DNA of 64,000 nucleotides from Candidatus Hydrogenedentota bacterium. GTDB taxonomy: Bacteria; Hydrogenedentota; Hydrogenedentia; Hydrogenedentales; SLHB01. Under the pieces are notes generated by a model, which ran no database searches, was not told the origin of the DNA, and saw only the letters and a list, made by a program, of their open reading frames with translations. The DNA lies in contig CAXXYE010000002.1 in NCBI GenBank assembly GCA_963674865.2, positions 160,001 through 224,000 of the forward strand, read 5' to 3'. This document shows, piece by piece, positions 19,739 to 28,966 of the stretch; within the stretch, counting starts at the first letter, position 1; every line of letters starts with the position of its first letter. Made by a program: the position numbers and the translations under genes.

Positions 19739-20584
19739 ATGGCTGAGCAGCGAACAGAAAAGCACGAATTGGCGCGGAACAGTTTGCCCGAAGACTCGGT
19801 TCCCGTATTCGATGACCTCGTCGCCGACTATCGATTTGCTGCCACCAAACACCACGGTTCCCCCTTTGTTTCTTACGTCGTCCTTGCCGACCTAGTGCGT
19901 GCCGGCTGGCGGCTAACGGAAGAACCGGATGCCGCAAGGAAACAAGCGCGCGCGCTGCAGGAGATGTTCCGAGGGCTTCCTTCCAGCCAAGACTCTGACG
20001 AGTTCTTCTACTCCATGGACCGGTGGGAGAGCATTGCTTCCAGCTATCGCCGCGCTGGAGACTTACTCTGCGATGTGGTACTCAACACCAGTCCCCGCGA
20101 CACAAGCCTAGTTTTTCCGATTCTGTTTTGCTACCGCCACTTCCTTGAGGTAAGTCTCAAGGGTCTTATTCAACTTAATGCGGATATTCCAACATCAACG
20201 CCTATCAAGGCTCCGATGAGTCACCTCCTAGACAAGCTGTGGCATGTGCTGAACGACAATCTATCTGAGAACACGAAGTCCACCACAATGTGGCAAGACG
20301 CGACGGTTGAGGATGGCAAGGTGCTCGCGGGAGTGCAGACCGGCAACGTTCAAGACGATTTGCAACTTCTTAACCATTGGTGTGGCCAGTTTGCGAAAGA
20401 AGACCCGACGTCGGATCGCTTTCGTTACCCGGAAAGTCGGCAAGGCGACCCTTACAAATTTCCACGCCTGCATGACCTTTTCGGTCTCGACGATCTCGAC
20501 AAACTGAAGTGTGAGATAGACAAGCTCGGGCAAGCGATTCACAACATAGGATTGGCCATTGCCGGGGAAATCGAATTCGGATGA
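19739..20584 (+). CDS. Fusion of a small N-terminal domain with a HEPN-like domain
   Basis: C-terminal part has FPILFCYRHFLEVSLK, HLLDKLW and DPTSDRFRYP, a HEPN-type pattern; starts 4 nt after the pglX stop. Confidence 0.6.
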   Translation: MAEQRTEKHELARNSLPEDSVPVFDDLVADYRFAATKHHGSPFVSYVVLADLVRAGWRLTEEPDAARKQARALQEMFRGLPSSQDSDEFFYSMDRWESIASSYRRAGDLLCDVVLNTSPRDTSLVFPILFCYRHFLEVSLKGLIQLNADIPTSTPIKAPMSHLLDKLWHVLNDNLSENTKSTTMWQDATVEDGKVLAGVQTGNVQDDLQLLNHWCGQFAKEDPTSDRFRYPESRQGDPYKFPRLHDLFGLDDLDKLKCEIDKLGQAIHNIGLAIAGEIEFG

Positions 20585-20707
20585 ATACCAGAACGAGACA
20601 TCCGAGGAGAGGAGCGTTGCGCATGACCTGGCAGGCACTAAGAATGACCTGCCCTCTGCCAACGAGCACAAGGAAGTTGTGCATGGCAAGAAGAGGGGTA
20701 ACTGGCC

Positions 20708-21823
20708 ATGGCTGAAGCTGAACAAATGCACCTGCTTGCCCCGCCTGAATTACGCGAGCAAATCCGAGAGTTCATTGCAGGTCTTGTTGCGAGCTATGTG
20801 CAACCGTCGGCAACGGAGTTGTTGCATCGTCTCGAAGAGAAACTGGGCTGGACGGTCAGATGGGAACTCGAAGCGGCTCTTGGTGAAATGCAATCCGATA
20901 CGAAGCTGTCCCGAGCAGTTCGCGGATATGTCTACGGCCTGTTGGAAAGTGGCGAGGTCGCAGAGGCACTTCGAGGCAAAGATGTGCCTGACCGTGAGAC
21001 TGCAACGGGCATTGATACTTTGATTCAGTCGAGCCGGGACTATCGTGGCTCTGAGGCCTTTGCCGACATGATTACGTTCATGGCCCGCTTTCGCGAGTAC
21101 GCGCCGTACAATAACATGCTCGTCAAGGTACAAAACCCCAGCTGCAGCTTCTACGCGCGCGAAAAAGACTGGCGTGAGCGTTTTGACCGTCATTTGAAAG
21201 AAGACGCGCGCCCAATGCTGATTCTTGCTCCGATGCATCCGGTGATGCTGGTCTACGATGTTGACCAGACCGACGGGGCGCCCCTGCCCGAACACCTCAC
21301 CAAGTTTGCCACTTTCGAGGGTGAATTCGAACCGGAGTGGCTCGAACGGATGACAAAGAATGCCGGAAGCTATCGCATACGCGTGGATGTCAAGACACTC
21401 TCATCCACGAATGCGGGATTCGCAACCGTAGCACGCGGGTCAGGCGACTGGAAGATGCGTATTGCCCTCCACGAAGGCCTCAATCCCCCGAGCCGCCTCG
21501 GGGTCCTGTGTCACGAATTGGCCCATATTCTTCTCGGGCATCTGGGTACGGACCGTGATCTATGGTGGCCCTGTCGCTCAAACCTCACTCATCAGACCGT
21601 TGAGATAGAAGCGGAATCCGTCGCCTACATTGTAATGTCAAGACTGGGCCTGGACGGCTCCAGTGCAGCATATGTTTCTGGACATCTTAAGGGCGATACC
21701 TTGCCGCAGTCGGTGTCACTCGATTTGATCGCCAAGGTTGCGGGAGCCATCGAGAAGATGGCCCGCGAAAGCGTGCCGCCGAAGAAACCAAGACCTGAAG
21801 CCGGCCGTAGGAGAAATCAATGA
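20708..21823 (+). CDS. ArdC-like N-terminal domain fused to an ImmA/IrrE-type zinc metallopeptidase
   Basis: F..YAPYNNML..Q.P and W...F.R.LK ArdC-like segment; HELAH (HExxH) and EIEAESVAY; ATGA overlap with pglZ. Confidence 0.75.
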   Translation: MAEAEQMHLLAPPELREQIREFIAGLVASYVQPSATELLHRLEEKLGWTVRWELEAALGEMQSDTKLSRAVRGYVYGLLESGEVAEALRGKDVPDRETATGIDTLIQSSRDYRGSEAFADMITFMARFREYAPYNNMLVKVQNPSCSFYAREKDWRERFDRHLKEDARPMLILAPMHPVMLVYDVDQTDGAPLPEHLTKFATFEGEFEPEWLERMTKNAGSYRIRVDVKTLSSTNAGFATVARGSGDWKMRIALHEGLNPPSRLGVLCHELAHILLGHLGTDRDLWWPCRSNLTHQTVEIEAESVAYIVMSRLGLDGSSAAYVSGHLKGDTLPQSVSLDLIAKVAGAIEKMARESVPPKKPRPEAGRRRNQ

Positions 21824-24156
21824 GCTTGAAGGCCAATACAGGCCGCCAGACTGTCATCGATGCTATCAGGGCATCGATGGTGGCGGCGCTGTGCGTACCC
21901 GAAGGCGTGGCAGAGCCCGTGGCGTTGCTGTGGACGGATGCAGATGGCCAATGGCGCCCTCTTATTCAGGCCCTCCAAGTGGCGCTGCCGCAGCTCTATG
22001 TCCTGGGAGAATATAGCCCGGACACCCGAACCGGACCTGTGATATGGCTTCGCTGCATCGTGGATCGCGCTTTGCCGGACATGGCGCCGCCGGAAGGCGT
22101 GACGCCCATACTGTATCTACCCAATGTGAGTCGGCAACAACTGCGTGCCGGTGGGGACTGTCCGAAACATCTCCAGCCGCTTATCGAGCTCCAGTTCCGT
22201 GGGGCCGTGTGGCATCAACGCAACGGGCGGGACTGGACCGTCGAGGCGTTCCTGACCTCTATCGACACGCTTGATCTCGACATGGCAACGGATGCCCGCA
22301 CGAGAGAAGCCATGATGCGGGCGTTACCGCTCTTAGCCACCGAGCCCATTGGAGCGCTGTATGGCCGGCGCCTCGAAGCCGAGGACTTCGACCGGTTGGC
22401 CGTGGGTGATCCTATTCGGGACGTCCTCACGTGGATGAGCGATGACGAGGGATTCCGGGGTCGGTGTGATGGGGCACGCTGGGAGACTTTCCGAAGCGTG
22501 TGTGGTCGCGATTTTGACTTTGATCCTGACAAATCCGGATCAACCCAGGCCGGGGAGCTTCTGCTCGAAGGGCACGGAAACTGGGAAAAAGTATGGCAGC
22601 GGTTTTGTGAAGCGCCCCAGGTATATCCTGGCATCGCCAAGGTGTTGCGCGATACGACACCGCCCGATTTGCTTAGCGATCCTGCACGCCAGCCCAAGCG
22701 AAACGCCGATGAGGAGGAGAACCTCCGTTCAGCCCTGGAGAAGGTTGTGAATCTGCCTCACACGGAGGCCTGTGGGCGTGTCCTCGAACTGGAGAACGAG
22801 CATGGACCACGCCGGCAATGGGTGTGGGCCCAACTCGGCGAGAGCCCATTGGCCCAACTGCTGGAGCCGTTGTCACGCGTCGCGAGTCTGGCTCAGAAGC
22901 CCCTCGGCGGAGCTACCGTAGAGGCGATCACGAACGCCTATGCCTCCGAAGGATGGCGATGCGATGCTGCCGCAATGGAGGCCTTGGCTCTGACCAACTC
23001 TGGCACAGATACGACGCTGGTCCGTGGCGTCTTGAACGCCATGTACAAGCCTTGGCTGGAAGAATCGGCGAGGCATTTCCAGGACGTGGCGGCAAAACAC
23101 CCCGAAGAACTCCGTAAAGGCGCTATGGGCGTCCTGCCACAGGCCGAGACGTGCATCGTGTTCGCCGATGGCCTTCGGTTCGACGTGGCCGGACGTCTCG
23201 AGGAACTGCTCGAATCACGGGGCTATCGAGTGCGCCTTTCCCATCGACTGGCGCCGGTACCTTCCGTGACGGCTACTGCTAAGCCCGTGGCCTCGCCGGC
23301 GCACATGGCCTGTGAGGAGACGGCCGAATATGGCGATGACCTAACGCCCGCTATCGGGGAACTGCACAAGGCTTCGAATGCGCAACGCCTGCGCGATGAG
23401 ATGGCCCGACAGGGCGTTGAAGTGATGGAAGAGGGCGAATTCGTGATCCCGTCGGGCTCGCAGGGCGGATGGACGGAGATCGGCCACCTGGATTCGTTGG
23501 GCCACAAGCTCAATGCCGGCTTGGCGAAACAGATCGCAACAGAGGTTGAGGAGATCGCCGAGCGGGTTGCCGGGCTGCTTTCTGGCGGATGGATGAAGGT
23601 GCGGATCCTGACCGACCATGGCTGGCTTCTCCTTCCCGGAGGCCTACCCAAGGTGGAGTTGCCAACGTATCTCACCGAGACAAAATGGTCACGATGCGCC
23701 GTCGCTCAGGGCGAAACGCCGAAGGGGTTCCCGGTCTTCCCGTGGCACTGGAATCCGCACGTGCAAATCGTGTCGCCACCTGGGATTGGCAGTTTCTTTG
23801 CCGGCAAGGAATACGGCCATGGGGGCATCAGCCCGCAGGAATGCGTAGTGCCGGACATGGTCGTGGAGCGCGGGACAGAAGCTGTTAAGGCGAAGATCGC
23901 CACCGTTCGGTGGCGTGGCATGCGGTGCCGAGTGACGGTCGAAACTAATGCGCCTGGCGTGCAGGTGGACCTCCGGCTGCATCCGCGGAAGGAAGACTCA
24001 AGCATAGTAGCGTCGGTCAAGGAAGTAGATGAGAGCGGCGAGGCCAGCCTGGCGGTCGCCGACGACAGTCATGAAGGCGCTGCGGCCATCGTCGTGCTGT
24101 TGGATGGCGCAGGCCATGTCCTAGACCAGAAACCGACTCAGGTTGGAGAAGAATAA
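21820..24156 (+). CDS. pglZ: BREX phosphatase-fold protein PglZ
   Basis: FADGLRFD, PSVT, LTDHG, YGHGGISPQE motifs. Confidence 0.93.
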   Translation: MSLKANTGRQTVIDAIRASMVAALCVPEGVAEPVALLWTDADGQWRPLIQALQVALPQLYVLGEYSPDTRTGPVIWLRCIVDRALPDMAPPEGVTPILYLPNVSRQQLRAGGDCPKHLQPLIELQFRGAVWHQRNGRDWTVEAFLTSIDTLDLDMATDARTREAMMRALPLLATEPIGALYGRRLEAEDFDRLAVGDPIRDVLTWMSDDEGFRGRCDGARWETFRSVCGRDFDFDPDKSGSTQAGELLLEGHGNWEKVWQRFCEAPQVYPGIAKVLRDTTPPDLLSDPARQPKRNADEEENLRSALEKVVNLPHTEACGRVLELENEHGPRRQWVWAQLGESPLAQLLEPLSRVASLAQKPLGGATVEAITNAYASEGWRCDAAAMEALALTNSGTDTTLVRGVLNAMYKPWLEESARHFQDVAAKHPEELRKGAMGVLPQAETCIVFADGLRFDVAGRLEELLESRGYRVRLSHRLAPVPSVTATAKPVASPAHMACEETAEYGDDLTPAIGELHKASNAQRLRDEMARQGVEVMEEGEFVIPSGSQGGWTEIGHLDSLGHKLNAGLAKQIATEVEEIAERVAGLLSGGWMKVRILTDHGWLLLPGGLPKVELPTYLTETKWSRCAVAQGETPKGFPVFPWHWNPHVQIVSPPGIGSFFAGKEYGHGGISPQECVVPDMVVERGTEAVKAKIATVRWRGMRCRVTVETNAPGVQVDLRLHPRKEDSSIVASVKEVDESGEASLAVADDSHEGAAAIVVLLDGAGHVLDQKPTQVGEE

Positions 24157-26210
24157 TGGCAATCGAACTTGATCACCTCGACAAACTGGCGGCATCCGCT
24201 TTTGACGGTTACCTGGTCCGCAAGGATCTGGTGCGGAAGTATTCGCGGCAGTATCCTGTGCCGACCTATGTGGTGGAATTCCTCCTGGGCCGTTACTGCG
24301 CCACTGTGGATGAGGAGGAGATCCTAGAGGGCATCGGAATCGTCGAGAAGCAGCTCAAGGATCGTACCGTCCGGACAGGCGAGGAAGAGCTGTTCAAGGC
24401 CCGCGCCAAAGAGCAGGGCTCTGTGCGGCTCATCGACATCGTGAAGGCTCGGCTAGATGCAAAGAATGACTGCTACGTCGCGGAACTGCCAAGCCTCGCG
24501 CTGAGAGATGTTCGTGTTGCCGACGACATGGTGCGAGACAACGAGCGGATGCTGACGGACGGCTTCTATGCCGAGGTTGAGCTGGATTATGACGCGATCA
24601 TTGCGCAGCAGAATGCGGGCCGGCCTTTTGGCATCCGTGGCCTGCGGCCCATCCAGCTTTCCAAAGCCGACGCGGTCGACATCTTTGCCGAGGGGCGCCA
24701 GGCATTCACGACGCAGGAATGGATCGAGTTTCTGCTTCGTTCGATAGGCCTCGAACCGGAAGCATTCGACGAGCGTGCAAGACGAGTGGCGCTGCTTCGG
24801 ATGGTGCCGTTCGTCGAGCGAAACTACAACTTCGTGGAACTCGGCCCCAGGGGAACTGGGAAAAGCCATCTTTTCCAGCAGATTTCCCCGTACGCGCACC
24901 TGATCTCTGGCGGTAAGGCCACCGTGGCGAAGATGTTCGTCAATATGGCCAATGGCCAGCGGGGTCTCGTGTGCCAGTACGACGTGGTCTGCTTCGACGA
25001 GGTCGCCGGGATTTCCTTCGATCAGAAGGACGGCGTCAACATTATGAAGGGCTACATGGCCTCAGGGCAGTTCAGCCGCGGCAAGGACAATATCCGGGCC
25101 GATGGATGCATCGTCATGGTCGGCAACTTCGATGTGGATGTTGAGCAACAACAGAAGGTCGGGCATTTGCTGAGTCCGATGCCCAAGGAAATGAGGGACG
25201 ATACCGCATTCATGGACCGCATCCACGGTTTCGCGCCCGGTTGGGACTTCCCGAAAGTCAGCCCGGACGAACATCTCACGGACCATTTCGGGCTTGTGAG
25301 TGATTTCCTGAGCGAGTGTTGGAGCCGCCTTCGGACGGGGAATCGTCTGCCGGCGCTTCAGGGACGCGTGTACCTCGGCGGAGCGCTCAGCGGTCGTGAC
25401 ATTGAGGCGACGAACAAGACGCTGAACGGCCTCATGAAGCTGCTATTCCCGGATCCCAGTATGCCCATTTCCGATGAGGACATCGAATGGATGGCGCGTT
25501 TGGCCCTCGAGTCGCGTCGGCGCGTGAAGGAACAGCAGAAACGGGTCTTCAAGAGCGAGTTCCGCAATACGCACTTCAGTTACACGCTCGGGCCGGACGG
25601 AGTCGAGCAGTTCGTCTCAACCCCCGAGCTCCACAGCGATGAAGCCATTGAGAGTGATCCGCTGCCTCCCGGGCAGGTTTGGGCGGTCAGTCCGGGTTCT
25701 CCAGAGGCGGGGCCGGGTCTGTATCGCATCGAGGTGACGTGTGGACCAGGCGGCGGAGTGAAGATCCTGAATCAGCCCACGCCACCGTCGTTCCGCGAGA
25801 GTGTCAAAGTCGGCGAGCAGAATCTCTATACGCGGTCAAAGGAGCTTGTGGGCGACCGGAATCCGCGGGAAGAGGAGTTTTCCATCCAGATGCGCCCCAT
25901 GGATGCCGACAAGTCCGGCGTCGGGTTGGGACTCCCGGTACTTGTCGCCTTCTGCGGCTCCCTGCTCGGCCGCAACACCTGCGGCGGAACCATCGTGGTG
26001 GGTGCGCTCAACCTCGGCGGGTCAATTGAGATGTTGCCCAATGCCGTCAGCATCGCCGAACTTGCCGTTGATAAGAAGGCGCAAACGCTGCTGATGCCCG
26101 TCTCGGCGCGCCGGCAACTCAACGATCTTCCCGACGACCTGTGGACCAAGATCAGCATCGAGTTCTACAAAGACTCCGCAGACGCGGTGTTCAAAGCGCT
26201 GGAGGACTGA
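24156..26210 (+). CDS. brxL: BREX Lon-like AAA+ protein BrxL
   Basis: PVPTYVVEFLLG, ELGPRGTGKS, FDEV, AFMDRIH, RRRVKEQ motifs and a Lon-like C-terminal domain. Confidence 0.93.
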   Translation: MAIELDHLDKLAASAFDGYLVRKDLVRKYSRQYPVPTYVVEFLLGRYCATVDEEEILEGIGIVEKQLKDRTVRTGEEELFKARAKEQGSVRLIDIVKARLDAKNDCYVAELPSLALRDVRVADDMVRDNERMLTDGFYAEVELDYDAIIAQQNAGRPFGIRGLRPIQLSKADAVDIFAEGRQAFTTQEWIEFLLRSIGLEPEAFDERARRVALLRMVPFVERNYNFVELGPRGTGKSHLFQQISPYAHLISGGKATVAKMFVNMANGQRGLVCQYDVVCFDEVAGISFDQKDGVNIMKGYMASGQFSRGKDNIRADGCIVMVGNFDVDVEQQQKVGHLLSPMPKEMRDDTAFMDRIHGFAPGWDFPKVSPDEHLTDHFGLVSDFLSECWSRLRTGNRLPALQGRVYLGGALSGRDIEATNKTLNGLMKLLFPDPSMPISDEDIEWMARLALESRRRVKEQQKRVFKSEFRNTHFSYTLGPDGVEQFVSTPELHSDEAIESDPLPPGQVWAVSPGSPEAGPGLYRIEVTCGPGGGVKILNQPTPPSFRESVKVGEQNLYTRSKELVGDRNPREEEFSIQMRPMDADKSGVGLGLPVLVAFCGSLLGRNTCGGTIVVGALNLGGSIEMLPNAVSIAELAVDKKAQTLLMPVSARRQLNDLPDDLWTKISIEFYKDSADAVFKALED

Positions 26211-26502
26211 GCCTGCACGACCCCAGCCATCTACAAAAGCCGCAAGCCAGGGAGATGATTGCGAGCTTCGAGACTGAGGGCACTTCAACGACCGACCCGC
26301 GAAACAAGTGAGTAAGGAGGGTCAGCCCCGTGACGAGTCTGTCGACTCCTCTGGTAAAGAGTTCTGGGCCAACTCCCTGTAGCTGCCTGGGCGCTCTTCC
26401 TTTTCCATGCGGGGTGACACATGTCACGCCCAACTGAGAACAATTGCAGGGCACTTGAGTGGCGGTTTCTTCCAACAGCTGGTCTGAAGAAAGGTAAGGG
26501 TC

Positions 26503-27423
26503 ATGGAACTGGCCTCTGAAGAAGAGTTGGTGGCAGCGCGGGATGAGTTACTTAATGCGGCCTTCAGCATTCTTGGTTTGCTTAGCAACATCGAGGAAAC
26601 TCTCGAATGGAGAAAGTCATTTCCGAGACCGGCACATGGCAAGGACCTTCTTGAGGAGATCAAGGACTATATGGAGAAGATTCACCTTAGCTTCAGCGCC
26701 AGAAGAGTGGGCTGTCACCTGGATAAGGTTATTCCTACGCTTGAAGTCGCAAACGCCGAGCGAGGTCTCTTGGACAAAGCGATAAACTTGGACGAGTACT
26801 TCTACCAGTCCGATGACTCCGAACACACCAATCTGCCTGTTTTGACTCTGTGTACGACCTCTCATGAAGAGACTTTTCAGCGTGTCTTTTCTTTGCTCCT
26901 ATCGTTAAACGGCGATATAGCCCGAATTGCGGATGATATTCCCAAAGGTGACGCCCGTTACAGCAACATAGTGATTGAGCGAGTCTCTTCCGCGCTAGAG
27001 AGGATCAGAAGAGTGATGCCCGCTTACAAATCTCACGAGCTTGGTAGGAATGTCCGTGCGGAATGCGCTAGGGCACTAGCGTATGTTCGGGCGCAAGACA
27101 GGTCACAGAACCGTGGCAAGCCCCAAGTCCGACCAGACATTATCCAAACCGGTAGGTACGACGGCGATGTGGCAAAACGCACGGCACAGCCTCGGGTCAC
27201 CAGTAAGCGTGCAGCAAATAGGACGTGCGGCCGCCCGAAACACTACGACGCGAAGAAAGACAAGGAAATCCACGACAAATGGCTCGCTTGGAACGGTCAC
27301 ACCGCCCTCGGGAAGAACCGAAAGCTCATCAAGGATTTTGCCCCCACGATTAGGCTAAAGCCCAAGCAGGTCAGGAACGCGATTAACCGATATTCACACG
27401 TCCTTCGACGCCTAGAGCCTTAG
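26503..27423 (+). CDS. Hypothetical protein with a basic C-terminal HTH-like region
   Basis: 306-aa ORF, AT-richer than its neighbours; GRPK motif followed by a helical basic tail; directly upstream of alpA. Confidence 0.6.
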   Translation: MELASEEELVAARDELLNAAFSILGLLSNIEETLEWRKSFPRPAHGKDLLEEIKDYMEKIHLSFSARRVGCHLDKVIPTLEVANAERGLLDKAINLDEYFYQSDDSEHTNLPVLTLCTTSHEETFQRVFSLLLSLNGDIARIADDIPKGDARYSNIVIERVSSALERIRRVMPAYKSHELGRNVRAECARALAYVRAQDRSQNRGKPQVRPDIIQTGRYDGDVAKRTAQPRVTSKRAANRTCGRPKHYDAKKDKEIHDKWLAWNGHTALGKNRKLIKDFAPTIRLKPKQVRNAINRYSHVLRRLEP

Positions 27424-27632
27424 CCCTTCCACCCCTGTCAATACCCTCCGGATTTATTGCGTCCAACGAGTCACCAGCTGTCCCACAGTGACAATAAGTG
27501 CGTTCCTTCCCCCGTTGGTCATAATAACGCTTCGTCATATTCTTCGCCGGACTTTTTATTTCCAACGCACTGGGCATCATGTGGCACGTGGGTCGAACGT
27601 AGTGTTCGCCCAAAGCAACAGGAGGCCGCAGA

Positions 27633-27899
27633 ATGCCTGATAAGTCCTCAAAAAGAGTTGGTGTCGAGGAGCACACGGAATCGGCAGAGCAACAGCCCGG
27701 GAGAATGCTCGTTGATGTTAGGAGGGTGGCCTCCCTTCTGAATTGCAGCCCGCGCACGGTGTACCGGCTCTCCGATGGGGGACGCATGCCACGTCCAGTG
27801 AAACTCGGGGGGCTGGTGCGTTGGCGCCGGGACGAGATTGCGTCCTGGATCTGTGCCGGTTGCCCAGCGATCCGGTCCCGGAAAGGGGGTGCCCAATGA
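27633..27899 (+). CDS. AlpA-family transcriptional regulator/excisionase
   Basis: VASLLNCSPRTVYRL..GRMPRPVKLGGLVRWRRDEI..WI. Confidence 0.88.
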   Translation: MPDKSSKRVGVEEHTESAEQQPGRMLVDVRRVASLLNCSPRTVYRLSDGGRMPRPVKLGGLVRWRRDEIASWICAGCPAIRSRKGGAQ

Positions 27900-28312
27900 G
27901 CGCCTCCGCAGGCGCGTGCGCGGCCCCCGGCCGCCGGGACACCGTTACCGGCTACGACTACCGTTATGACGCGCCGCTCCCGCCAAGCCAAGCCATCCGG
28001 GCGCATTGCCTGGAGTGTGTCGGGGGAGAACTGGCTGAGGTACTCAGGTGTACGGCCACAAACGAGGAATGCCCCCTGTGGCGCTATCGTTCCGGCCGCG
28101 GGAAAGACACCTCGCGGCCTTCCAACGGGCTGACCCGCCTGCAGGCCATCCGCCAGGAATGCCTGCGCTGTATGGGCGGGAACAAGCAGTTCGTCCGGGA
28201 ATGCGCGAGCAGCCATTGCCACCTGTGGCCGTACCGGTTCGGGTGCCGGCCCAAAGACCATCCGGTGTTGTCGGTGCGCTCGGGGGGGAGATCGGCAAAA
28301 CCTGCGCGCTAG
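27896..28312 (+). CDS. Hypothetical protein with two Cys4 zinc-binding-like repeats
   Basis: AIRAHCLECVGG...C...CPLWRYR.G and AIRQECLRCMGG...C...CHLWPYR.G; ATGA overlap with alpA. Confidence 0.7.
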   Translation: MSASAGACAAPGRRDTVTGYDYRYDAPLPPSQAIRAHCLECVGGELAEVLRCTATNEECPLWRYRSGRGKDTSRPSNGLTRLQAIRQECLRCMGGNKQFVRECASSHCHLWPYRFGCRPKDHPVLSVRSGGRSAKPAR

Positions 28313-28411
28313 TTCCTGAAGATCCAAACACAGCAAAGAGTCTACAAAGCATCTCAGGGCAGTTGGTGTGTGGCCATGCGGGCCCGGGTGCAAATCGTGG
28401 GAGAACGACAC

Positions 28412-28966
28412 ATGAAGAAATCGTTCAGGCAGATACTCGAGGGGAAACACCTGGAGGACCTCACGTCCGCGTGGGCGTCCACCGAGGCGAGCGAGGAGTT
28501 TGAGCCCCTGCCGCCGGGTGAGTATCTGGCGCGTATCGTTTCCGGGGGTTTGTTCGAGGCCCAGACCGGCACGCGCGGATACAAACTCACGTTCCGCATT
28601 CTCGAAGGGGAACATGAAGGCCGCCAGGTGTGGCACGACATCTGGCTGACGCCCCCGGCGATGGGCATGGCCAAACGGGACCTGGGCAAACTCGGCATCA
28701 CCGACCCGGCCCAGCTCAACGAGCCGCTCAAACCCGGTTTCCGCTGCAAGGTGAAGGTCGTGCTGCGGCGCGAGGATGACGGCACCGAGTACAACCGGGT
28801 TCGCCGGTTCGAGGTAGTCGGTATCGATGACGTAGCGGATGACCTGTTTCCCCCCAAGCCGATGACGGACGACCCGGACGAAACCGAGGCCAGTCACGCA
28901 CCGACCGAGCCGACCGAACCCTCGTTGCCGGGGGTTGTGTCCGAGGTGGCCCATGGTATCGCGTGA
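28412..28966 (+). CDS. DUF669-like protein (putative ssDNA-binding)
   Basis: FEPLPPGEY.ARI, KLTFRILEGEHEGRQVW, YNRVRRF, acidic tail. Confidence 0.8.
   Translation: MKKSFRQILEGKHLEDLTSAWASTEASEEFEPLPPGEYLARIVSGGLFEAQTGTRGYKLTFRILEGEHEGRQVWHDIWLTPPAMGMAKRDLGKLGITDPAQLNEPLKPGFRCKVKVVLRREDDGTEYNRVRRFEVVGIDDVADDLFPPKPMTDDPDETEASHAPTEPTEPSLPGVVSEVAHGIA

Noticed and set aside
27383..28954. 523-aa minus-strand ORF
   Set aside because: Antisense shadow of alpA, the Cys-repeat gene and DUF669; no motifs; expected in GC-rich DNA
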